This document shows positions 39,498-48,670 of a stretch of 64,000 nt of DNA, piece after piece. The notes under the pieces are model-generated. The model had not been told where the DNA came from. It saw only the letters and a list, made by a program, of their open reading frames with translations, and made no database searches. Position 1 is the stretch's first letter. Every line of letters starts with the position of its first letter. Made by a program: the position numbers and the translations under genes. Origin of the DNA: Patescibacteria group bacterium (GTDB taxonomy: Bacteria > Patescibacteriota > Patescibacteriia > SG8-24 > DYFX01); contig CP129476.1 in the NCBI GenBank assembly GCA_030583805.1, positions 669,640-733,639 on the forward strand. The letters are read 5' to 3'.

Positions 39498-42400
39498 TTA
39501 CCAGATGCTCCGGCCGCCGAGCGCCCAGCCGATGACGGGGGCGTTCTTGTACTGCCAGAGGAACTTGCGAGGCGGCGTCGTGCGGTAGATCGCACGTCCG
39601 GCGTCCCTGGTCGCCTGGTTGTCGCGCGTCCAATACGCGATCGATTCATCGTGCGTCAGAAGCAGTTCGCGAGCCATGGCTTGGAGATTCGCCCGCTGGG
39701 CCATGTCTTGCGTGAGGTACGCGCCGAGCGCGATAACCGAGCTCACGTCGAGCGCATGCTCGAAACCGTCAGACGGATTCGGGTCGGTATCGCCTGGCGT
39801 ACCGAAGCTGCGCGCGATGTAGTACGGGTACCAGCGGCCATCGCTCATCGGGCCTTCGCCGCCGACGGGCTTGGAGGTGATGCCGCGCGTGACTTCGCAC
39901 TGCGCGAGGTCGACGATCGCAGCCGGAGCCGAGGAGTACCCCGTCGCCTGATACCCGCGGAGGAAGCCGTAGCCGAGAAGGCTCGACATCCACGGAGAGA
40001 ACGTATTGGTCTCCCCTTCCGGCGGATAGTTGAAGCAGCCGTTCGGCTGGTTGCCATTCAAGGGGGACGTCTGGCGAGCACGCATCACTTCCATGGCGTT
40101 CGTGGCATAGGAACGCTGGTGAGCGCTGCCCGTCAGCTCGGCGTCGATCGCGTGCGCAAGCAGCGCGTAGCCGCGATGACGTTCCGTGTCGCCCGTACCG
40201 AGCAAGTTGTGGTGGAACTGGAAGCCCCACGAGATGTAACCGATCTTGCGGAGAACCGACGCGTCGCCCGTGAGCAAGTAGTTCGAGAGCAAGCTTTCGC
40301 TGTACGAATACTTCATGTCATGGAACGAACCGGTCGCGTTCGGGTTCTTCAGGCGGAAGCTGCCGACGCAGTACGGGTAGTACGTGCTGGAGCAGTTTTC
40401 TGGACCGTAGATATTCTGCGCGTAGTGATCCGCGGCGCGATGCGCTTCGCGGAGCATATCGACGTTCCCGGTACGGAAGTAGCCGTTATAGAACGTTTGC
40501 GTACGGTCGTAGAGCCACGGCTCCGGATCCGTGTAGAAGTTGATGTAGTCCGACGAGCTCGTGACCGGCCAGCTCTGCTTCTTCGGGTACTGCTGGTTGA
40601 TCAGCGAGTAGAAGAAGTCGTCGGTCGCCTTGTCGGTGGCGGCGAGGTACGGCTGCGTGCCGACGGCATTCACCATCGGGAACACGTTCGTGCAGTCGAG
40701 ATAGCGGTGATCGATGGCGGCGAGGACGGCCGGTTCGCGAATCGTAAGGCCGCTCGTGTTCACCGACGACGCATAGGTGCCGTCGTTCGCGACGCGGTAC
40801 GTGTCACGCACTGCCGTTTCGCTGGTGAGGCTCTGCGTGCGGGCGCGGTTCAAGCCGATCGTAACGTTGACCGGGCTCGTGCTCGAGAAGGCCATATCGA
40901 ACTGCACGAGGACGCTGCGGATACCCGGGTTACCGGAAGCCGTGAGGCCATTGCAGAGCAAGCGCTGATCCGGCATCCGTTCCCACGCGCCGAGGCTGCG
41001 GACGAACGCCGGGATTTCCTGGCCGGCCGCGTTGGTCACGCGGATATTGTTGGTGTTCACGAGCGTTCCAGGCGGCAACGGGAAGCCGAAGGAGACGCGG
41101 CGCGTCTGGCCGACGGCGTCGGCCGCCGGGACCAAGCGCACCGTCACGTCTTTCGGCGTCGTATTGACCGCGGCGCCGTTCGAGGAGACGTCGTTGCGCA
41201 AATCCATTTCGGCGGTCATCGAGCGCCAGGTGGTCGGGCGGCTGTTATAGCCCGAAATTTCAAGGTTGGTGGAGTCCGAAGCCGGAGGCGGCGGCGTGCA
41301 GGACTGCGACGTAGCCGGGCTTGGCGTGGTCACGCCGGCGCAGTCGGTCGTCATGGTGCACGAGCGCGTCTGGGAACCGCTTGCGGAGCAGGCGTTCCAG
41401 TCGGTGCACGTCCACGTGTCGGCCGTGCAGGAAGGCGTCGGCGTTCCAGGCGTGCAGCTCTGCGTCGTAGCCGGGCTCGGCGTGGTCACGCCGGCGCAGT
41501 CCGAAGTCATGGTGCAGGTACGCGTCTGGCTGCCGCTCGTGGAACAGGCGTTCCAATCGGTGCAAGACCAGGTGTCGGCCGTGCACGAAGGCGTCGGCTC
41601 GGGTGCCGGAGTCGCGCTGCCGCGTTGAACGATGTAGAGGTGCGCATCGTCAAGCGTCGCGACAAGCGTGCCGTCATCATCCAGCTTGAGCTGGAAGTAG
41701 GTGCGCGCAATCTGCTGACCGCCGACTTCATACGTCAGGAAGACGTCTTTGACCCCCTGGTTGACCCGGAAGTCCTGGCACTTCGTTCGCTGGTTGTTGC
41801 TCGTTTGGAGATAGACAACCGCGCAAATCTGCAGATTCTTGTTGGAGGCCGAAGCGCTGTCGACGCGCACTTTCGCCTTTACGGTGACGGAGTCGGCGAT
41901 GGGGCCTCCGGCGTACGGGTATTCCTGCGCGAAGGCGATACGGCCGTAGCGGTTGAAGCTGGCGCGGAGGCTGCCGGTTCCCGCGATCACGTTCGTGGTG
42001 ACGCGCGAGACGCTTCCCGAAGAGGCGCCATTGGGCGCGAAACCTCCGGTCGACGTTTCAAAACCGTTATCGGTGATAGCATCAACGAGAATGGAGCCGC
42101 TCGGAACCGTCGGCATCGGGCCGGTGGTCGGCGGAGGCGGCGGCGTGCAGGACTGCGACGTAGCCGGGCTCGGCGTAACGACGCCGGCGCAGTCGGTCGT
42201 CATGGTGCACGAACGCGTTTGCGTGCCGCTAGCAGAGCACATGTTCCAATCCGTGCACGTCCAGGTGTCGGCCGTGCAGCTCGGCGCGGGCGGCGGAGTG
42301 GGCGTCGGATCAACGACGTCGCCAAGGCCTTTATCGGCATTAATCGTCGTGGCAGAAGCCAATTCGGCGCTCGGGCTGTAATCAGAAGCCGAGGTAATAG

Positions 42401-42857
42401 GGGCTCCGTCCGTGTAGTTTACGAAAAACGGGTCGGGAATATCGTCGACGAGCGACGCCCAGCCGGAGCCGAAAATAGCGGCCGCTACGGCTTCCGAGGG
42501 AAGAAGCCTCAAAACGCCGCCGCGGGAAATCGCGTAGACGCTGGGGTCGGTGTCGATTTTAATCATCCTCAAACCCGGTCGATAGGTGACGTTGCCGCCG
42601 ATCGTGATGGCGGCAAGCTCGTCAGCCGTGACGGTTTGCACGGTGGAAAAGTCGGCATACCACGTGCGGAACACTTGTTCGTTCGGAAAGACGTAACGCC
42701 GGCTGTTTGAAGCGAAGTAATAGACGGCGGGATGATCGGCGCGTTTGATCAGCGACCCGGGCGTCGGCGCCGCTTTCGCCGTGAAAGGCATCCCCATGAA
42801 GGACGTGGCGATCGTGAGCAAGAGGATCAAGGCGCGGAACGCGTTCGTCTTCTTCAT
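39498..42857 (-). CDS. Giant secreted paralogue: same N-terminal domain, 3 copies of the six-Cys module, and a different large C-terminal domain (unassigned, possibly glycan-active)
   Basis: 1119 aa. The first ~190 aa are ~75% identical to 35659-39369. The cysteine repeats read PSCTADTWTCTDWNACSASGSQTRSCTMTTDCAGVTTPSPATSQSCTPPPP. Confidence 0.7.
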   Translation of the reverse strand: MKKTNAFRALILLLTIATSFMGMPFTAKAAPTPGSLIKRADHPAVYYFASNSRRYVFPNEQVFRTWYADFSTVQTVTADELAAITIGGNVTYRPGLRMIKIDTDPSVYAISRGGVLRLLPSEAVAAAIFGSGWASLVDDIPDPFFVNYTDGAPITSASDYSPSAELASATTINADKGLGDVVDPTPTPPPAPSCTADTWTCTDWNMCSASGTQTRSCTMTTDCAGVVTPSPATSQSCTPPPPPTTGPMPTVPSGSILVDAITDNGFETSTGGFAPNGASSGSVSRVTTNVIAGTGSLRASFNRYGRIAFAQEYPYAGGPIADSVTVKAKVRVDSASASNKNLQICAVVYLQTSNNQRTKCQDFRVNQGVKDVFLTYEVGGQQIARTYFQLKLDDDGTLVATLDDAHLYIVQRGSATPAPEPTPSCTADTWSCTDWNACSTSGSQTRTCTMTSDCAGVTTPSPATTQSCTPGTPTPSCTADTWTCTDWNACSASGSQTRSCTMTTDCAGVTTPSPATSQSCTPPPPASDSTNLEISGYNSRPTTWRSMTAEMDLRNDVSSNGAAVNTTPKDVTVRLVPAADAVGQTRRVSFGFPLPPGTLVNTNNIRVTNAAGQEIPAFVRSLGAWERMPDQRLLCNGLTASGNPGIRSVLVQFDMAFSSTSPVNVTIGLNRARTQSLTSETAVRDTYRVANDGTYASSVNTSGLTIREPAVLAAIDHRYLDCTNVFPMVNAVGTQPYLAATDKATDDFFYSLINQQYPKKQSWPVTSSSDYINFYTDPEPWLYDRTQTFYNGYFRTGNVDMLREAHRAADHYAQNIYGPENCSSTYYPYCVGSFRLKNPNATGSFHDMKYSYSESLLSNYLLTGDASVLRKIGYISWGFQFHHNLLGTGDTERHRGYALLAHAIDAELTGSAHQRSYATNAMEVMRARQTSPLNGNQPNGCFNYPPEGETNTFSPWMSSLLGYGFLRGYQATGYSSAPAAIVDLAQCEVTRGITSKPVGGEGPMSDGRWYPYYIARSFGTPGDTDPNPSDGFEHALDVSSVIALGAYLTQDMAQRANLQAMARELLLTHDESIAYWTRDNQATRDAGRAIYRTTPPRKFLWQYKNAPVIGWALGGRSIW
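41297..41597 (-). repeat. Intragenic tandem repeat (2 x ~150 bp) encoding the six-Cys module
   Basis: Same module as in gene 35659-39369. A single further copy lies at ~42137-42272. Confidence 0.65.
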
Positions 42858-42881
42858 AGGCTTTTGAGTTTCAAGGCCTTC

Positions 42882-42910
42882 ATTGTATCAAAAAATGTCA
42901 AGTATTTCAA
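42882..42910 (-). promoter_or_regulatory. Sigma-70-type promoter of giant gene 2
   Basis: Minus strand reads TTGAAA, 17 nt, then TACAAT. Confidence 0.5.
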
Positions 42911-42971
42911 GTGCATCTTTTCTTGAAAAAAACGCGCTCGATGCGCGAGCGCGAGTGGTGCGTGGTGTTGA

Positions 42972-43127
42972 CTACGACTTCGACTTCTTCTTGCGGACGG
43001 CCAGGTGGCCCTTGAACTCCTTCTTGCGGGCGCTCGTCCGGTCGTGGCCGGTCGTGCGCAGGTGCGCCTGGTACTGCCCGGGGTTGTTGGTCTTGTAGTG
43101 GCACTTGGGGTCGGGGCAGGGCCGCAT
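42972..43127 (-). CDS. Small C2H2-like zinc-finger protein with basic tail (not in the ORF track, below 60 aa)
   Basis: Minus-strand frame translates to MRPCPDPKCHYKTNNPGQYQAHLRTTGHDRTSARKKEFKGHLAVRKKKSKS, i.e. C-x4-C-x12-H-x5-H. A GAGGAG lies ~10 nt upstream. The overlapping 104-aa ORF in another frame is low-complexity Pro/Arg. Confidence 0.45.
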   Translation of the reverse strand: MRPCPDPKCHYKTNNPGQYQAHLRTTGHDRTSARKKEFKGHLAVRKKKSKS

Positions 43128-43278
43128 CGTGTTCCATCTCCTCAGTCGAAGATCCAGCTGTCCGAGCTGGGCGGTTGTCGTTTGACCGAGCCTTCCTATC
43201 AGTTTTCCGCGGCGTTGTCAATATCCTTCAATTGAAAACGCGCCTGCTGAGCAGCAAGCGCGAGGTTCGTTCGAGTCC

Positions 43279-43830
43279 TCAGTCATCCTCGACGACTTCG
43301 ACAAGACCGAGCGCGGCCATGCCATGCATGTGGTGCGGACGCATCCGGTGCATGGCGTCTGTCCCGGCCAGTTTGCCAAGCAGCTCGGCATGACGCTCTT
43401 CGTCCGGCAGGATCTGTTCGACGATCGGACGGAAATCGGCGGGCAGGAGTGGGTGCCTGGCGATCACGCGAAAGCGGTTGCGAGCGAGCATCTCTCCGAA
43501 GGCGCCGGCGGCGCACGCATCCTCGAAGGACTTGATCCAGGGCCAAATTTGGCCCCAGTACCGTTCCGGCTTGGGTGCGGACGGGACGGGTATGCCTTTC
43601 TCGACAAGAAGGTGCTCCACCAGACCGGCGTGACGAAACTCGTCAGCAATGATGCCCGCATAAGAGTTGAATGCGTAGCCCCGAGGCTGAAAACGGCCGA
43701 CGATCTCGCCGAAACGCAGCGCTCCGCCGCGTTCCGCCCAGTACAAGCTGGGCAGCCAGCCGGTATACAAGCTGTCCGTGCGAACGAGCGTTTCGAACCA
43801 CTGTGACGTGCGTTGATGGAGCTTGGTCAT
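43279..43830 (-). CDS. Ferritin-like di-iron-carboxylate protein (hypothetical)
   Basis: Start MTKLHQ has an AGGAGGA SD. Two ExxH motifs (ADEFRHAG, PDEERHAEL) are spaced as in the ferritin-like/rubrerythrin superfamily. Confidence 0.5.
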   Translation of the reverse strand: MTKLHQRTSQWFETLVRTDSLYTGWLPSLYWAERGGALRFGEIVGRFQPRGYAFNSYAGIIADEFRHAGLVEHLLVEKGIPVPSAPKPERYWGQIWPWIKSFEDACAAGAFGEMLARNRFRVIARHPLLPADFRPIVEQILPDEERHAELLGKLAGTDAMHRMRPHHMHGMAALGLVEVVEDD

Positions 43831-43910
43831 GATCTCCTCCTGCCCTATTCTGTGCACAAAAATCGCGTCTCGTCAATCCTTTGACGTCCGAACGCCAAGG
43901 TCGTAGGCTT

Positions 43911-44906
43911 ATGCCCATGACCAGCCTCGCTTCTCTCGCCACGAAACACGTCGGCGACATCGTTACTCTCGCGATCGAACACCACCCTTCCCGCAAGGCG
44001 CTGGTCGTTTTCGATGCGCGCTCCCCCCTCTCGCGCCTTTTGGCCGACGCCTATAAGGAGGCGCTCCCCCACGCGACGTTCCTCGACTTCGACGCCGTCA
44101 CGGCCGACGCGATCATGGACGAGATCAAGAAACTCGAGCCGGGCGACCTGACGGTGCTGATCCAATCCTCCAATTTCCGGCTGAGCGAATTCCGCATCCG
44201 CATCGAGCTGTTCCAACGCGGACTCTCCGTCATCGAGCACGTCCATCTCGAACGCGCCACGGACGAACGGCAGATCGAAATCTACGTCGACGCGCTGGCG
44301 TACGATCCTTCCTATTACCGCACGCGCGGACATCTTTTGAAGAAGCGTATCGATGCGGCCGAGACGATCAAGGTGATCGGAAACGGCACCGTGCTGACCT
44401 ACGAAGGCGGCATGGAGGAAACGAAACTCAACGTCGGCGACTATGAGGGCATGAAGAACGTCGGCGGCACGTTTCCGATCGGCGAAGTGTTCAGCGAACC
44501 GAAAGATTTTAATTTGCTAAACGGCGAGGCGATGATTTTCGCCTTCGCGGGCACCGACCATCTCGTGAAGCTTCACACGCCGTTCAAGATCCGCATCGAA
44601 AAAGGCATCTTGGTTTCGCATGAAGGACCGAAAGAGTTCCAAGACGTGTTGGATCAAATTTCCGCGGAAGAAGAAATCATGGTGCGCGAATTCGGCGTCG
44701 GCTTGAATCCCGCCTTCAGCAAAGAGCGCGTCGTGAGCGATATCACCGCTTTCGAACGCCAAAAAGGCCTGCATCTTTCCCTCGGCGAAAAACACGGCGT
44801 CTACGCCAAGCCCGGCCTCGTGCCGAAAAAGACGCATTTTCACATCGATATTTTCGTCGACTTCGAACGCATTGAAGCCGACGGCCAGGATTTGCTCCGC
44901 GAATAA
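43911..44906 (+). CDS. Hypothetical protein, possibly M29-type aminopeptidase-like
   Basis: 332-aa ORF. Only weak pattern resemblance to M29 was recognised. Confidence 0.4.
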   Translation: MPMTSLASLATKHVGDIVTLAIEHHPSRKALVVFDARSPLSRLLADAYKEALPHATFLDFDAVTADAIMDEIKKLEPGDLTVLIQSSNFRLSEFRIRIELFQRGLSVIEHVHLERATDERQIEIYVDALAYDPSYYRTRGHLLKKRIDAAETIKVIGNGTVLTYEGGMEETKLNVGDYEGMKNVGGTFPIGEVFSEPKDFNLLNGEAMIFAFAGTDHLVKLHTPFKIRIEKGILVSHEGPKEFQDVLDQISAEEEIMVREFGVGLNPAFSKERVVSDITAFERQKGLHLSLGEKHGVYAKPGLVPKKTHFHIDIFVDFERIEADGQDLLRE

Positions 44907-44932
44907 AAACCCGCGCAGCGCGCGGGCGAGGG

Positions 44933-45370
44933 TCAGTCGATCAAGAATTCGTACAGATCTTCCGCATCGACATCGTCGACCGGAACGGCCGCCGCGAGCC
45001 GTCCCGCCAGCACGAGGTAGCGTTCGCGCGTCGGCTGATGCGACAGCACGTATTCGCGCGTCCGCTCTTCGAACACGAGGCCGGACGTATCCGCGTCGCC
45101 GAGCTGGGCGCGCGTGAAGTCGTGCCGCGTGCCGTCGTCGAGTTCGTTGATGTAGTGCGACCGCATGTGCGCGAAGGCCGGAAGCGCTTCGAGCGAAGCG
45201 CGAAGCAGCTTGCCGCCGAAGAGCTTCTGCGCCGCCGCCGAAACGACCGCACAATGGCCCCAAAGCGGATTCTCCGCGGTCCAACCGTCGGGATCGGCGC
45301 TGGTTTCGCGGATGCAGACGTCCGGCAGCAACGCGGCGAAAGACGCTGGCGTCAGGTGCGCAGCTTTCAT
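44933..45370 (-). CDS. Hypothetical protein
   Basis: 145-aa ORF, followed on the minus strand by the hairpin cccgcgcagcgcgcggg at ~44913-44929. Confidence 0.45.
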   Translation of the reverse strand: MKAAHLTPASFAALLPDVCIRETSADPDGWTAENPLWGHCAVVSAAAQKLFGGKLLRASLEALPAFAHMRSHYINELDDGTRHDFTRAQLGDADTSGLVFEERTREYVLSHQPTRERYLVLAGRLAAAVPVDDVDAEDLYEFLID

Positions 45371-45473
45371 CGATTCCTCCTGGCTCTTGCTTGAGCACGC
45401 GCATCCTATAGAACCATGCGCTCGTGCGCAAGATTCCTTTCAAAAGAAAATCCCTGCACCGCGTGGTGCAGGG

Positions 45474-46667
45474 TCAGTTGAACTCGTGATCGAGGCTGAA
45501 CACGGACGTGCCGAGCACCGTGCCGATCCCCCGCGCGTAGGCGGAGAAGACCGGCCAGTCGACCTGGACGCAGCCGGACAGCGTGAGCTGCACGCCAGCG
45601 ACCATGATCTGCTCGAGGCCGCTCACGTCCTCGGCGAGCGGGCTGACCGTGATGCCCTTGCGCGCGGCGTCGATGGCCACGATGTAGCGGGCGCCCGGCA
45701 GGTTGAACAGCGCGTAGGCGAAGCCGCGGCGCTCGTCCACGTAGAAGTCCTGCGCGGCGATCCGCCCCGAGCTGAGCTCGTCGAACGACTTCCGTCCGAC
45801 ACGGCTCTTCGCGAAGGCCTCGCGTGCGCGCATCTCCGCCTTGGCGAGCGCGTCCTCGTCCCAGAGATCGACGTTCGCGCGGAACAGCGTCCGGTAGCGC
45901 TCGAGGAGGCGCGTCCGGTGGAAGGCGTGCTCGGGGTGCGGCTGGAGCGCGGGCCGGCCGAAGGCGATCTGCGTCTTGGCCGCGATCGCGTTCTCCTCGG
46001 CGCGCTGCTCGTCGGTCTTGGGAAGGAACCCGTTGGCCAGGAGCGGCTTCGAGGTGTACAGCTCGGCGAGACCGTTCTCGTCGATCCACTCGAGCACCGA
46101 CAGCTCGTCGATGATCTCGTGGACCAGCTCGCCGTCCTTCTCGCCGGCGTGGCGGCCGCCGCTCTTCGGGTGGTAGAAGTTGAGCGCGAAGGCGCGCTCG
46201 TCGTAGCCCTCGGGCCGCTTGCCCGCCGCCTCTTCGCGGCGGTCCGGCGGGATCCAGCCGATCGTGAGATGGCTGAAGCCGAGCTTCCGGAGACGCTTCG
46301 TCTCGGCGTTCGTGCCGGGGATGCCGACGATGCCGCGGGCGATCTTCGCGTCCTTGTGCGGGACGATCACGAGCACGCGTCCGAGCGCGCGCTCGTCGTA
46401 GATCTTGCCGTGCAGGTCGAGCTCGAAGGCGGAGTTGCGCTTGATGAACAGGTTGCGCACCTCCCCTTTCAGCCCGTGGGGCACCGGAACGTTGTAGCGT
46501 TCCTCCCGCACGAACCGCACGATCCGTCCCTTCTCCGTCACCTCGCGCGCCTCGATGCCGTCCGAGGACAGGCCTGCGAGGCGCCCGTGACCGCTGCGCG
46601 CGCGATGGCGCGAGTGATCGAGGGCGGAAGACGAACCCTTGGCGTGACCGGTGGTCGGTTGCATCCG
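45474..46667 (-). CDS. Hypothetical protein
   Basis: Start MQPTTGH has an AGGAGA SD. It contains GIPGTN and EKDGE segments, but no confident family assignment. Confidence 0.5.
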   Translation of the reverse strand, partial: RMQPTTGHAKGSSSALDHSRHRARSGHGRLAGLSSDGIEAREVTEKGRIVRFVREERYNVPVPHGLKGEVRNLFIKRNSAFELDLHGKIYDERALGRVLVIVPHKDAKIARGIVGIPGTNAETKRLRKLGFSHLTIGWIPPDRREEAAGKRPEGYDERAFALNFYHPKSGGRHAGEKDGELVHEIIDELSVLEWIDENGLAELYTSKPLLANGFLPKTDEQRAEENAIAAKTQIAFGRPALQPHPEHAFHRTRLLERYRTLFRANVDLWDEDALAKAEMRAREAFAKSRVGRKSFDELSSGRIAAQDFYVDERRGFAYALFNLPGARYIVAIDAARKGITVSPLAEDVSGLEQIMVAGVQLTLSGCVQVDWPVFSAYARGIGTVLGTSVFSLDHEFN

Positions 46668-46812
46668 ACTCTCCTTCTTTAATGCTCTCTGGTATGTATG
46701 GGAAAGACCCCGTTCCGGGTAGAGAGCAAAGCCCGAAAACCCCACTTCATACGCGATTTTTGGCGTAATGTCAAGGCCGCTTCGGCGTCTAAGCTGGTAT
46801 ACTGGCCTCACC

Positions 46813-48141
46813 ATGCTTCGCCGCCTTTCTCTCATCCTCATCTTCGCGATCGCCGCCTCCGTTTTCGCGGCGCGCCCGTTTGCGTTGGCGCAAACGTCGA
46901 GCGAGATCCAGGCGCAGCAAACCGAACTGCAAAAGCAGCTGAAAGAGATCGAGCGGCAGATCGCCGATTACGAAAAGCAGCTGAAAGACGTCCGTTCCGA
47001 AAAGAACACGCTGGCCAACAAACTGAAGCAACTGAACGCCCAGCGCGCCAAGCTGAATCTCCAAGTCCAGCAGACGAAGGCGCTCCTGAACGAAACGCTC
47101 GGGAAACTCGACGCGACGCAGAGCCAAATCGCCGTCCAGGGCGAAAAACTCGAGATGCTGCATCGACAGATGGGCGTGGTGCTGCAAGAACTCCACCGTC
47201 AGGACCAACGCGGTCTGATCGAAATATTGCTTTCGGGCAGCGACCTCTCCGGTTTTTTCGCGCAGGTCAACGGCTACGCGCAGATCAACGAGGGACTCTC
47301 CGTCCTTCTCGATCAGACCAAGCGCCTGGAAGCCTCGCTGAAGAAACAGGAGGAAACGCTCGTGGAGCAGAAGCAGCAGCAGGAAAACCTGGTCGCCATC
47401 GCGCAGCTGCAGACCCAGGAAGTCGCCACGACCATCAGCGCGCAGGACGCGCTCCTGCAGCAAACCAAGGGAAAGGAAACGAACTACCAAAGCGCGCTCT
47501 CGGATACGAAAAAACGCGCGAGCGAAATCAAGAACCGCATTTATAACTTGATCGAGGTCGGAAAGAAGGTGACCTTCGGAGAAGCCGTGGCCGTCGCGGA
47601 TTGGGCCTCGTCGCATACCGGCGTCCGCTCGGCCTTTCTGCTCGCGATCCTGACGCAGGAGTCGAACCTCGGAAAAAACGTCGGCACCTGCAACCGCGCG
47701 AACGATCCGCCGTCGAAAAGCTGGCGTGTCGTGATGAAACCCTCGCGCGACCACGAGCCGTTCAAGAACATCACCTCGTCGTTGAATTTGCCGATCGATA
47801 CGACGCCAGTTTCTTGTCCGATGAAAGACGCACAGGGCAACCAGGTCGGCTGGGGCGGCGCCATGGGTCCGGCGCAGTTCATTCCTTCGACGTGGGCGAG
47901 CTATGCTCCGAAAGTCGAAGCGATCAGCGGGAAAACCGCGAACCCTTGGGACATGCGCGACGCCTTTCTCGCCTCGGCCATCTATCTGAAGGCGCTCGGC
48001 GCCGGAAACCAAAGCGGCGAATGGACGGCGGCGATGAAATATTTTTCAGGATCGACGAATCTCAAATACCGTTTCTACGGCGACAACGTCGTGAAGCTCG
48101 CGGAGCAATATCAGGAAGACATCGACGAGTTGAAGAAATAA
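46813..48141 (+). CDS. Secreted coiled-coil protein with C-terminal lytic-transglycosylase (SLT/GH23-like) domain
   Basis: A signal peptide is followed by ~250 aa of Gln/Leu-rich coiled coil. The C-terminus has AILTQESNLG (catalytic Glu-Ser) and GAMGPAQFIPSTW. A TATACT -10 lies 13 nt before the ATG. Confidence 0.65.
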   Translation: MLRRLSLILIFAIAASVFAARPFALAQTSSEIQAQQTELQKQLKEIERQIADYEKQLKDVRSEKNTLANKLKQLNAQRAKLNLQVQQTKALLNETLGKLDATQSQIAVQGEKLEMLHRQMGVVLQELHRQDQRGLIEILLSGSDLSGFFAQVNGYAQINEGLSVLLDQTKRLEASLKKQEETLVEQKQQQENLVAIAQLQTQEVATTISAQDALLQQTKGKETNYQSALSDTKKRASEIKNRIYNLIEVGKKVTFGEAVAVADWASSHTGVRSAFLLAILTQESNLGKNVGTCNRANDPPSKSWRVVMKPSRDHEPFKNITSSLNLPIDTTPVSCPMKDAQGNQVGWGGAMGPAQFIPSTWASYAPKVEAISGKTANPWDMRDAFLASAIYLKALGAGNQSGEWTAAMKYFSGSTNLKYRFYGDNVVKLAEQYQEDIDELKK

Positions 48142-48142
48142 A

Positions 48143-48170
48143 AGAGGCCGCGAGAGCGGCCTTTTACGTA
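48143..48170. terminator. Bidirectional terminator
   Basis: The sequence aaaagaggccgcgagagcggccttttac. Confidence 0.6.
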
Positions 48171-48670
48171 TGCAGTTTCACCAGCGCCGTGTCCGCGCGC
48201 TCGGCCAGGAGCGTAAGCTTCGGGCATACGAGGCAGAGCGCGTAGAGCGCCTGACGGAAGGCGTGGCTCGATGATCGGCCAAGGCCGGGAAACTCCCGGC
48301 TGCCGACGACGTACGCGGCGCGTCCGCAAGCGCACGGCGCGCGCTCGGCCTCGCCCGCCGGACCGAACGGTCGCGCAAGCGGCATGAGCGGCGGTGACCA
48401 TCGCATTCCGTTCACCTTGTCGGTGGTGCGCCGCTTCATCTCGTCCATCTTGCCCCTGTCATCGATGACGCAGGTCTCGATCCAGAAAGGATCGTAGGCG
48501 ACCGGCCTGCCGTTCTCGATGCGGTGCGATCGGACGAAGAAGTGAATCTGCCCCGTACCGTAGCCGGGCATCGACGCCGGCCAGCCGCGCGGCAGATACC
48601 GGAGGAACTGCCCGAGCTCGCTCTCGGCATCAATGCCGAACAGCGCGATCTTCATGTCGTGCAGGTTCAT
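48164..48670 (-). CDS. Hypothetical protein
   Basis: Start MNLHDMKIALFG overlaps the upstream stop (TGATG). The long 294-aa ORF extension is rejected because it is the 3' end of the upstream gene read in another frame. Confidence 0.45.
   Translation of the reverse strand: MNLHDMKIALFGIDAESELGQFLRYLPRGWPASMPGYGTGQIHFFVRSHRIENGRPVAYDPFWIETCVIDDRGKMDEMKRRTTDKVNGMRWSPPLMPLARPFGPAGEAERAPCACGRAAYVVGSREFPGLGRSSSHAFRQALYALCLVCPKLTLLAERADTALVKLHT

Noticed and set aside
42907-43221. 104-aa ORF listed in the track.
   Set aside because: It is Pro/Arg/Gln low-complexity. The alternative 51-aa frame on the same strand gives a clean C2H2-like zinc finger with an SD.
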